NCBI RefSeq assembly: GCF_000181795.1
Contig: NW_003526944.1
Location: 553,383-617,382 of the forward strand
Reading direction: 5' to 3'
Length of the DNA: 64,000 nucleotides
From: Trichinella spiralis
Taxonomy: Eukaryota
The first letter of the stretch is position 1; each line of letters starts with the position of its first letter. Below are positions 28,578-40,398 of the stretch, piece after piece. The position numbers and the translations under genes were made by a program. The notes beneath the pieces were generated by a model. It was not told the origin of the DNA, searched no databases, and saw nothing but the letters and a program-made list of their open reading frames with translations.

Positions 28578-31500
28578 ATGTCTGGCGATGAGGAAACTAT
28601 GGATTTTGAAGAAAAGTTGGCTGCATTTCCTCTTCCAAGTATTCCTGCAAATCAAGGACCGCCTTTTATGGCGTTTGGTGTTCTTTTGGATTTTGCAGTC
28701 CAAAAGACCTATCAAGATTTTGTCATTCTGACAGATTTGTATAATATCTAACCTTTTATTTTACTTTTAGTTATATATGATTTTAATTTAGGTTACCAAA
28801 AAAATCTGACTTAGATAGGTATAATAGAGTTTATTAAATTGTTTTTAATTTAATTAGTTTCAGTTTAATTGTTTAGAAAAATAAGTATTGCACAATTTGC
28901 TCATTCGGCTCGTCAATTGTTTGTTCGTTTATATGCTATACTTAAATGGGCTAGATGCGGTGCCAAAGTCGATTTATGCACTGTAAGTATATTATTTCTT
29001 ATAAATATATTTTACATTTTTCTCCTTTAGGGAATAGTGTGCTTTTTGGACCAGCAAGCTTCTATGTTTGTTGATACGGCGGATCGTTTGTATCAGATGA
29101 ACTGCGATGTGTTGCAGAATGCTAGATTGCCAGTCTTCCAAATTCCTACTGCAGTCGACGTTCTCACGCTTGGAACGTATCCACGATTGCCCTCAGTTAT
29201 TAAGGTTGCTAAGACTGTTATTTATTAATTTTTGTTAACCCAATGACAGCACAGTAAGAATTATTCTTTTTTTTCTGATGATTTTTTTGCATGATTGGAA
29301 TTTTGTTCAGTTTATAATGAAAGTTGCATTCTATTGCATGTAATTTATGACTTTAATCAGCAACTTGTAATTTTGTTTATACAGTTATTATATGATTGTT
29401 TAAGAGGATGCTTTTTTGTGTTTAATGGTATTTCATACAAATTGCAAGTGTTTACTTCAGAGAGAATTTATACGAACAGCAGATATTAGTCAAGAAGAAG
29501 AAGAATGTGTTTTGCATCGATTGAATTATGTTATTGAACGTCGCTTGTTGCCATCGCTTCTTACTCTTCCTGAAGGAATGAGAAATTTTACTGTTAACAA
29601 TGGAATGGTGAATCATGGTTTAGTTTTGTTATCTTTTTTAAATTTATATTTTAGGTAACATTTCACGTTGCAGGAGAATTTGAAGCTCAGTTGACTCTGC
29701 TCGGTCAACTGCCTCGAACACCGTGGACATTGTTGAATTTGCGCATTCTTGTCTCAGATCCAAGAGTAACTGATGGATCTGATATACTTAGTTCTTTACA
29801 ACTTTCATTTCTACATCATTTAATTCAATCCAGGTAATTAATTGCTGTAATGATATAATAACAGAATTTGTGAGAATCACATGGTAGAATTTATTAAAAA
29901 ATTGAAATTAGTAAGCTTGTATAAATAAAGAAATTTCAGGCTGAATGTTTCAAAGGAACCAATAGTCGAACTGTACAGAGTGATACACTGCTTTTGTTTA
30001 TCTGCGCAGTTAGACATTCTCTGTTGTCAAGCTTATCGATTAATTGGAGATTTCATGTCTGAAAATTTATCAGTAGAAGAATATGTATCTTCTGAAAAAT
30101 TGGTGCTTAGTTATTGGAAAGAGCAGAATCAAGGTGGAGTCGCCAGTTTCAAAGTTATATTTTGGATCAATCAAGATGAACCTTTTGCTCCTCTTCAAGT
30201 CACCCATATTCCGAAGTCAGAATTGAAGTTGCCATCTATGGATACAGAAAGTGGACAACTTTCGTTGGATAATTTACTCACCGAAACTGTTCTAATACGC
30301 GTTAAGCACCGTTTGCAACAGCTGTGCGACTTTTTGCGTACTATCAAAGGTCTTACTTGTACCTTTATCAGTGACATGCCAGCACTCAGTATTACCTTTC
30401 TTCCCGACAGCAGTTTTACTGAAACATTAGATTTGTCAATGAATCTTTTTACTGGGAAATTTGTTTGTCGCCTTCCAGCATTTGGTAACAAGTTGCATGT
30501 TAATCTTGTTGTGGTTTATGGGGTTTTAATGGTTTCTGTTTTTTAGACGAAGATATTTCGCTCATTGCACAATTAACTGAAAAATTGGATGACAGTCATT
30601 GGAACTGTTTAGAAGATTTATTACACCAAATTCGGTATTTTTTCCATTTAATTTTTTTGTTTATGGCAATGAATTTTTAAATTTCAGTGTTCGAATTTTT
30701 GTGAACCGAATAGATCATACAATGCGATTTTTCACGTTGAAAAGTTGCGAAACATTGCCTGCTTTTCTGAAAACAGCTTGCGAACAATGGCCAGTTGATA
30801 GACGATTCATAATAAAATTTCATCGTTTTGAAAATTATTACATTGTAAGTTTGGAAAATTATTACATTGGAAATAAAAATAATTTTTTTGTAATAATTTA
30901 ATTTTCATTTAGAATTAATTATGTGCATTCTTGTTTTTTTCATAGGTTTTAACATTTAATGATCACCCGGATGATTCGGCGAAAGTCAACCTTGATTTTT
31001 GGCTTGTTTGCAATGAAACAGTGTCAAATGCTATCCGTTCGGCTGATGCTGATGATGATGACCGTTCAAAGAAGTACATTTGCATATAATTATTTATTGT
31101 CATTTTAAAATTGTTTATTTTAAGGAATGTCAACTTGTTGCATTTTGATTTGCGAAGGGTTGTCTCTGATACCAAAGGGGTATGATATAAATTTAAATTT
31201 TTTTAAAGTTTCATCAACTGTGTTTGTTTTCTTGGAAAATACAGAAAAAACAGTGTGTCATACCTGAGCTGATGGCTGCATTCTCCATGTGTGAAAATGC
31301 TATGCCGTTTTTTTTGCTCATGGAAGAAATGGAACGCACTTCCGCTCGATATGCTTACCATCAGCTATTTGATGGCACTGTTGTTTTACGTGTGCTTGGG
31401 TACAATTTTTGTAATTTTATATTTAATAAATAAATGTAATTGTAATTTTTCAGAATTGATCAAACATATGATCGCAATCTGGAAAAAATATTTGGTTTGC

Positions 31501-34500
31501 CAAAAGGTCTGGCGATTGGTTTGTCGTGTGATCGACATCGTGTGGTTTGGAGTATCGGATTGAATACGACCGGTTCTCCTCTTGGTGATTCTTCTTCATT
31601 TGGAAGAGCAGTGCATCGTAAAATTACAATCCTGAGTTGTACCGTTGGTAATGAAAGTGCTCGAAAATGTCTCGACGACGTTTTATCCGGCGTGCGGTGC
31701 TTTAACGCTTTGTACGAACCAGTGAAAGCTCTGGCCGGAGCTTACAAAAGTTGCTTGCACCGACTGACACCGTTGAGCATGTTGAGCTCTTACAAGCTTA
31801 CGTTGGTTTATGGTCCAATGTTGCGCTATGTTTGTCACCTGCAGTGGAAACCCATTGAAAAGATGTACATTTTGTCATTCGGAGTCGACAATTCCGTCTT
31901 AAATGAGGAGTATGTGTATTTCAATCCCCATTCAATCTTATGCGGACACTTGCAACATTGGTTCAATGCCGTCCGGGATGTATCGGCATTGGCGCATCTT
32001 CTGCAAGCGTCATCAGCGGCTCTACAGGCTTTGACCACTTTGCCGGATACAATTTTTCGCGTCGGCTCTGAGCACACATCTAATCAGATGCTTTATTTGA
32101 ATCGGATGTTTTCAATATTGCCAACCGGTCCTGATACTGTACGTCTGCTTTGCAAAGATCATCTCTGCTTGGAGATGCGGTTCACGTTTTGTGGTTCAGT
32201 TTTCATGCGTGATTGTGGATCTGCGTTCGGTTTACCTCAAATGAAATCAGTGAAATACGTACCAATTACAGGTTTTAAAGTGAGCGTTTTATAACTGTTA
32301 TTTATTATTCGATTTATTCAGTCATCTCTGTGAACGTATATTCTTTTTAAAGACATTCCTCAATTTGCACATTAGCGAAATGAAAGCTGCTATTGAAGCA
32401 GAACGAAAAGTCAGCACTGCAGTTCATGATTCATTGATGGTAAATTTTGCATTTATTCATATTGATCATATAATTTAATTCAGTTATTTTAATTTAAACA
32501 TTTTATTTTAGGAAATGTCAGATGTGGATTTCAGTGGTAATACTTTTCAAGCAAATCCCAATTCTGGCACTGGTTCATCGACGGTATTGGAAAATTCGAT
32601 GCGCATTTCAACTCAAAATCGTCTCCTCGGTAAGCATAGTCATCTAGTTTATCTCATCTATGTATTTTTAAACTTATTTTTCGAATTGAAAATTTTCTTT
32701 ATTTATAATGTTATTGATTTCATATTTCATTATTAATATTACTTACTGTAGCGGTTAGATTTTACTTTGAGTATGGTACTACTATTACAGTATATTGGAA
32801 CGCAGGATAAATGCAATATATAATGTGTTTGAACCGAATCGCCACATTATTAATTCACTGGCAATTAACATAGCAGTGTTGTCATTTGTGAATAGCAATT
32901 CCATTAGCGGTGCAGTTTAAAAACATTAAGCAATTTCTTGTTTGAAAAAATGCTCGTCTCTTTTATTTTTAATTAATGAAAACGAGCATTTTTCTAATGT
33001 GTAGTAATATCTACAGTTTTTCTTAATCAATGAAAACTTCTGTCGATTTTTGTAGATTTGTACATATTTAATATTTATTATAGTGAATCAGTTCGACTAT
33101 TCGGTTATCATTAATCTTAGTTTAATTCTTAGATTTGTACAGTAAATAAGTAAAGTTTAATGTGGAAATTTAAATCTTTCTTTTTAAATGATATCAGCGT
33201 TTGAAAAAGCAAAAGAGTATTTGCAAAATCATTCTGTTAAAATACAAGATAAAAATTGCAGGCAATTCTTTGGCAAACGACGATGGTCATGCAGAACCAT
33301 CATCTAGATCTCCTCCTGAAGATTGGACGCCTTGTGTAGTTCCTATTGAAATTCAGCAGAACGCATTTATCCGTATTTGTTCACCATCTGGTACTCACCC
33401 ACATCCTGAATGGAGTCACTTACAAAAATTTATCCTGTCTGTTGAAGTGTTGGAAAAGATGAAGGAACAGGTAAAGAGAAAGTTGAGATAGTTTTCTCAG
33501 TCATTTAAACTGTTTGTCTGAAGCTTGAATTTCATTTTTCAGGCAAACAATTTTACTGTTATCAGACCTGGTCAGCTGTCGTTGAAGTGCAATCAATCGG
33601 AGATGAAGTTTTTCCTAAACGAATCGAACCTGTCGTCGGTGATGTTCAAATTTTTCAGAGATGGTAAATACGGAAATAAATAAATGAAAAATGTAGCAAA
33701 ATTTTTTTTTAATTTGTGCTTTTTTTTCAGAAAACGATGCTTGCACTGAGAGTGATGTGCAATTTTTGGAAAAATATTTTCTTGAACAAATTTCTTCAAC
33801 TTACAACGCGGCAGCAATGTACGCTTTTGTCCGAATGCTGACCGTTTGTCAGACAATTCGTCGCGATTTATTAAGCAGCTTCTTGTCTATAATGAATATT
33901 CAACAGGTGCACACACACACACATTTAATATTCTTATATTTGTCATGTAAATAGCATGTTTATTTTTGCCTGTAGCATGCATATGTAGAGAGCAGTACGG
34001 CATACTGGATACCGGAGATGTGCTTTTTGATTCCGTCTCCACAGCTTGTGCCGACAACATATCTTAGTCGTGCCACACTTATGCCTGGAGGTTTGGCTAT
34101 TGTTGCTAATGTTGTACAAAAGAAAATGTTATTTTGGGTAAAAAGAAAACGGTCATGACATTTTTTAGCATTTTGATTTGCTTGTAGATAAAATTTGTCC
34201 GCGTTGCGGATCCAAGTCATTGCGTCGCTTTTCCATTTCTGTACGATGGTGAGAACAACAGCTTGCAAGTATTCCGAGGAACCAATCAGCAAACGGCGCA
34301 GCAATCTAACAGCACCGTTTATCCGATTGAAACTTGTTTGTTGAGGCAGCAGCAAACTCATTCTGCTTTTAGTAATGCTTATTTATTTATTTTTTATTTA
34401 TCATATTTACCTTAGACAAAAAATGTATTTAGGTGAATGTGTAGTTTGGCCCTGTATTCGAGACGTGATGCACATAAATGAGCTAATACCGGGTAGAAGT

Positions 34501-34503
34501 TGA
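28578..34503 (+). CDS. MED14: Mediator complex subunit 14 (RGR1), multi-exon
   Basis: N-terminal [70 protein letters not shown]; last exon [12 protein letters not shown] at 34501-34503. Confidence 0.92.
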
Positions 34504-34749
34504 TAATCAGTGTTGTCAATGTTTGCAAATAAACAATACAATACCTGCTAACAGGAAAGCTTTACTATTTACTCATAAGCGGTGTGTTCTTTTTTATTTG
34601 TTTGTTAGGTACTTATTTAATTACTGTCGCACAATTAACTTTTGGTCTTTTTATTAATTTGATTATGAAAGTTGAATGTTGTCTGTCTGTCTGTCAGATG
34701 TTGCTTCTTTAATAATATGCTTTTATTTTCATTTTAAACTTCTGCACAA

Positions 34750-35555
34750 TCAAAATTGGCATTGCCTCCTGCATGTACCTAATGTACGGTTAGTTCTCTG
34801 CATGCAGATTTGGACACATGATTGTCTTTTTTCTTCGTTCCGCAACAATAGAAGAGATTTGACCACATTGAAGTCCGTTTGACTTAGCGGTTCTTCTTTT
34901 TTTTCTTCTCTTTCTTCTTCTTCTATCTCTTTTTCTTTTCTTTCTTCTTCTTCTTCTATTATTTCTTCTTCTGCTTCTTCATTGATGTTGTCATCTGCAT
35001 AATCATCGGTCATTGCTGTTTTATATGTTGAAATGCAAGTGTGCTTTTTGCTGTGGAAGTAAGTATCCGGTGGACAAAAGCCGCAAAACGAAATCACAGC
35101 CGAACAGAATATGAAGTTCGTTTTATTTTTCTTCAACCAAATTGCCGAGTTTCGGTGTTGAATTTCACGACATAGTTCCAACGAGCAAGCTTAAACGGAG
35201 ACAATGTTTCATGTGTGACAATTTTGCTAATCTCATGAAAGATCTACTTACGTGAATTATTCGCCAACGACTGGGCAGAGCATTGCAGGGGTAGCCTGCT
35301 GAAGGTGCGCATTGGACAGTAGCCACAGAATTGTCGCTTTTTGCTGCAATAGAGAAAAACATCCGAACCGGGGGCAGTGGTCAGCTTTTGTTCAACCCCT
35401 TTGCACAAATCTAGTGGACATTGTTGCAAAATTTGCATTGTCGGTTGTTGATAACTGGCCGGCAAATCGGTGATGTTCCATTGTCGAGGAATGATGAATA
35501 TTGGCGAAGTGATTGCCACCGCAATTAGCATAAACAAGATCGCATTGCAAAGCAT
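34750..35555 (-). CDS. Predicted secreted Cys-rich protein, ~247 aa (exons 35555-35252 and 35189-34750)
   Basis: Signal-peptide-like start; a 62-nt GT-AG intron joins the two ORFs in frame; two similar six-Cys modules, a Glu-rich tract and a C-terminal CxxxC..CxxxC. Confidence 0.7.
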
Positions 35556-36079
35556 TTTTTACTCACTTTTCACAGTAGATTAAGTTAATCTTGTAGTTTT
35601 CTTCTTTTTTTTGAATTTCTTTTCTACAGTGCAATTGCTGTAGCCTTTTGGATATCAACGTGTAAGCAGTGCTGGTGTAGTACGGCTTGAGCGTCTGCTT
35701 TGAAGTGTTGCTTCGTCTAAGTGGTATTTATGCTACCGACGATTTTGACGACGACGACGATGATGATGGTCATTTCATTTTATGCCTTGTCGCTGGCGAA
35801 TCATTTTAAAGCTTTGCGTCAGCATCTGTTTACTGGTTGTCTGAGTTGGTGTAAATTCTGCTACTATTATGTCCAATTTGCACGCGACAGTCTTTTGCCT
35901 TAGGAGATGATTTAGACTATTACGTAAGTAATAAAAATTTATCTCTTAAATGTATAATTCTAACTAAATGTAATCATGGTATGATGCATGTATATAAAAT
36001 TTATTTATTGAAAAATATAGGTAAATGTGTACCCACACGCATGCATACATACATGCATATATATACATATATATATACA

Positions 36080-36082
<3 letters not shown>

Positions 36083-36112
<30 letters not shown>
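36083..36112. repeat. (GT)n microsatellite
   Basis: Direct reading of the sequence. Confidence 0.9.
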
Positions 36113-36116
<4 letters not shown>

Positions 36117-37804
36117 TTCTTTTATTTCTAGTTAATCCAAGTTGGATTACATTTCTAGAAAATTCACTGAATAGCTGAAAAGATCATTATTATCTTTTCA
36201 AAAAAAGTAGTTCATCACATTTTCAAAATTAACTTTTTTTAAAACATTTTCCACCTCTTATTTTTGCAGTAAGCTTTTTTTGCCTTCTTCCAAGAGGTTA
36301 TAAAGATTAGATTAACTTTGCGATCAATATTGGTTATTCAGAAATGTCGAGAAATCAAATGTGAGTGCAAAATAGCTATGCGGGGTGCATGAAAATTAGA
36401 AAAATTGTGAAAGGTAATTTTATGTGAAAGGCATTTTGTGACAAGCAATTAATTGCAAAATGAAAATATAAATATTGGAAAAACTTTGTATCTGTAAAAG
36501 TTTGACAATCTGCAGATGCTTACCCTGCTGTATAGACTGGGAATTTCAATACGTGACATACGTTCAATTGTGGGTTTTTATTTCAATTGCAAAAGGTAGT
36601 TTTATGGATGTTAAAAAATTAATGAAAATGACGACAATTTTCTTAATGTCCAGCTTTTGAACAGTGTTATTAAAATGTTGAATGCTTTTCTGTTTGGCAG
36701 TGTATCGTCCACTGCTCTGATTGAAGTAGCAATTTAAAAGTTGATGTGCACGTTCGAAATTTAAAACATCCATTCTCAGAAGAACGATAACGTAGCAACT
36801 CTTTGGTAATAAAACGTAACCACAATTTGACAAAAGCAATTTTTACATTTCCATATTTTTCAGCAAAAATTTGGAAATTCAAATGTTGCAATATGGATAA
36901 AACATATAGAACTTGTTGTTGTAACTGTAATTTAAATTTGCAAATTTGTTTATCTTTCATTTGATTCACATTTATGATGTAATATTTGCTATTATTTATA
37001 AATCTTGTAAATTATATTTTGAATACAGTATAATTCATTAATTTTCAATGCTGCGAAAATTTACCATCAATGCGATTCATCAGAGCTGCAGCTGCAAAAT
37101 AAAAAGGACGAAATCGTGGCAATTTTATTCATTGTTATTTACTTTTTGCAACATTTTCTGCTGTAATTGATTCTATGCATTTAATTATATCTCGACTGTG
37201 GAAAGTAATGACAATGTAAAATTAACCAGATGTTCATTCTCACCTGTAAAGCAATGCTTTAATATTAACATATCAGAATACTGTGAGAATAATCACAGTC
37301 AATTATCATTATACATATATGTATGATTTGTTCCTCGATTACTTGAGTAATTCAATTTACTAATGATTTACTGTGAATCTGTTAACTGTACAATTAATTA
37401 TTAGCAAGTTGTCATTCATCTAAAATTATATTCTAGTTACAGTATATGTGCATTTAGCAATAAGCGATGTGTTTAATAAAAAAATTAAAAATCATTAAAA
37501 ATTTTTTAAAATGCGGTTGCTTTATCCTATATGTGCTGGTTATTTAATTTCTTTAAATAATTCAATTCGTGTAAAATCTTTAACCCATTTTGTAGCACCA
37601 CAAGTAACTAAAGTAATATTTGAAAGCGTTTGTGTTGACTGTTATATATGCTATTAAATTACATTTTATAATTAAATTTAAAATATTCATCTTTATGTAG
37701 CGATTTATGAAATTTTAAAAAGATTCATTTTAAAACTGAAGATTCGAACTTGAACGTTTTTTGGTACAGGAAGGATACGGTATTTGATTTGTTTTGCTTA
37801 TGAA

Positions 37805-38682
37805 ATGTCAGGTGTAGTGTTTTGCGTTTTGTCCATATTTGCGGTTTTATCTCTTAGAGATCTGAGATACTCTGACGCTAATTTGAAACAAGAAAATATG
37901 CATCCTGATGAAGATGAACCAAAACGTGCACCTGGGAAAATGGCCCCACAAACCATTACATTTCTTTACTGGTATACTTATATTATCTTAATTGTATTTC
38001 TCTTTATTTGTGATATTGATAGTTAGAAATGAAAATTTAATTAAAATCACGTTTTAGTTCAGAATGATTTAAACTGAAGTGTAACTTCAATTACAAGCTG
38101 ATCCTGTTTTTCTTATCTTCCAGTATTGAAAAAATTTGCTTTTAGTTCTTCCTGAGGGTATAAGCAAGCCTTTGAAGACTACGCTAGGTTAATTCAATCA
38201 CAGTTTCCTGGTGTTGTTGTCAAAGGTGAAACTTATCCACCACCACCTTACAAGGCAACAGTTGCGGAAGTGATTCGTGCGTTAAAGATAGTTTTGATTT
38301 TGTGCATATTATTTGAAGTCGATTTGGCGTTTTTGTTGAACATTTCGATCCCACCTATTTACGTTTGGGCGATGCAGAATAAGGTACTTCTTATTAAAGA
38401 AGGGGAAAAAGTTAATATTTAAAATTGTAGGTATCTGCGTGTTTGATGTTGTTTTTCATGAGTACGGCAATCGAAAATTATTTGCTATCAACGGGAGCAT
38501 TTGAAATTTTTATGAATGGTCAGTAAAACAGGTTTTATGTGAATAGACATTGATATTTGATTTTTTCCATTTTTGCAGATATACCTTTGTGGTCAAAATT
38601 GGATGTTGGCCGAATTCCACAGATAACCGAACTGTTTGGTATCATTAATGCGCATTTGAATCTCTCCTATACATTGTCTTGA
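37805..38682 (+). CDS. SELENOT: Selenoprotein T, ~198 aa, with Sec at in-frame TGA 38153-38155
   Basis: Exons 37805-37971, 38146-38383, 38431-38518, 38579-38682 give TITFLY-C-S-S-U-GYKQAFEDY..GETYPPP..WAMQNKVSACLMLFF..LLSTGAFEIFMNDIPLWSKLDVGRIP, matching the SelT CxxU/Rdx family pattern. Confidence 0.95.
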
Positions 38683-38696
38683 ACGTTGAATGGAAA

Positions 38697-38762
38697 TTCG
38701 TCTTGTGACAGTTTTCGCATAAACCTACAGTAGAGGTGGCGAACACTCGATGGTGACGCGAT
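38697..38762 (+). promoter_or_regulatory. Eukaryotic SECIS element (GUGA variant, type II-like) in the SelT 3' UTR
   Basis: GTGAC (38705-38709), stem AGTTTTCGC/GCGAACACT, unpaired AAA (38721-38723), CCT/AGG mini-stem, CGAT (38748-38751), and lower helix CGTC/GACG. Confidence 0.88.
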
Positions 38763-38955
38763 ATTCTGTTCTTAATTTACTTGTTTATTATATGTTTTGA
38801 TTCTGTTGAAACTTGTAAAAATGCGAATAAAAATTTAATTTGCATAACGCAATATTTCAAAACAATAATTGGTGTCAAACTGACGTACAATGTACAACGA
38901 GTTATTGCGGAAACTGACGACAGATGTACAATAATATCGTCAGTTCCGCGAAGTG

Positions 38956-39393
38956 TCACCTTTTTTTAAAGCCATATTTTTTCCGTTCGTAGAACAAGTC
39001 AGTTTTTGCACTTCCCAGATTTACAATTTTTGGACATCCATCTCGCTGTAAAAAAGAAAAAGCAATAACAAATGTTTTTCAGAAAAGCAGAAAACGAAGC
39101 CTACATCTTTTTCTGTTTGGATACACTCTTTGCAGTAATAAGCGTCGCTTATTCCCGGACCTCCGCAAATTACACATCGACCTTGATACGATCCGTAATT
39201 ACATTCGTCGCAGATACGTACAAGCGAACAAGGTCGAACGTATGAGTCACATACGACGCACTTACCATCGCCTAAAATAAATGCGATAAAAAAAGAACAG
39301 CCAGAGGTAACGCTTACATTTTTCACAAAGTCTTCCAATAGCCACTCCCGGTTGCTTTCTGCAAAATATTAGATCTGGATGATGCTTAGCCAT
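38956..39393 (-). CDS. PHF5A: PHD finger-like protein 5A (SF3b splicing factor), 110 aa
   Basis: Exons 39393-39318, 39271-39105, 39045-38956: [39 protein letters not shown]...[29 protein letters not shown]. Confidence 0.98.
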
Positions 39394-40398
39394 TGCAAAT
39401 TGAAAATACTCAACACGCACTTATTAAAGTTGCTTCTCCTTCGAACAGTAAGACTACAGTAATACTTTAGTACATGCAATTCTATAAAAATGTCAGTTTA
39501 GAAATTATCAAAAATTTAATTCTGAATATGGAATTACAATTTATTTTTTAAGATTATCATTTACATTTAATTTATGCAATAAATTAATTCACATCCAACA
39601 ATTTTTTGATGTCATACTGTAATATAATGGTAACTGCTTCAAAAGTAAAATATAATAATAAATGACTAAATAAATTAAAAAAAATATTCATTAAATTGTT
39701 TTTATTTTTAAGTTAGTTCTACTTTAACGAAACCACAAATTTAAATTTCTTTCACTAATTACCGTATGCCTATGCTAAAGTAGTTTCTCATTTGTATATT
39801 CTAAATTCGTTGTAATATTTTTTAACATAAAACGTAAACAAAAGTAAAAGTTTAATCAAGTTATGAACCATATAACGTCAGCGTATGTAAATGAAGAAAA
39901 TTATTGTGCGTTGTTAAATTGTAGGAACAAACGCATTAGAAACTTTAAAAAGTAAACGTTACTAATGGCTTTTTTATTTAAAAATAGATCAATTTTTGCG
40001 GTTTCTAAATTTTATAATGACTCTCAGATTTGTTAAAAGCAAAATATTTTGGTGTTTTACCAAAAATATTCTTGATTTTCATTTTGAGATTGCTGTCATC
40101 TCAAAACAACATGCTTACTTTATTTCAATTTTTGAGTGTAGTCTGAATTTAATAATCTCTTCGATGGTGCTATGTTCTTATTGCTGCTTTAGAGCATGAG
40201 CAGTTTTTTCAAAGCAAAAATCTTTATTTTATTGTATATTTCAATATATTTATAGGCATATGTTCATTGAAATGGTACGATGTTATATTTTACATGAGTG
40301 TTTTTTTCAGAGATTAAAATGCTTTAAAAGAATCTGTCAGTGGTTGTATAAAATTTAAAGTGCCTTATTGTTGTGAAGCTGTGGAAAGGGATTGACAG

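Noticed and set aside
38680..38682. Second Sec at the terminal TGA of SelT
   Set aside because: SelT homology ends here and the codon is too close to the SECIS for efficient recoding.
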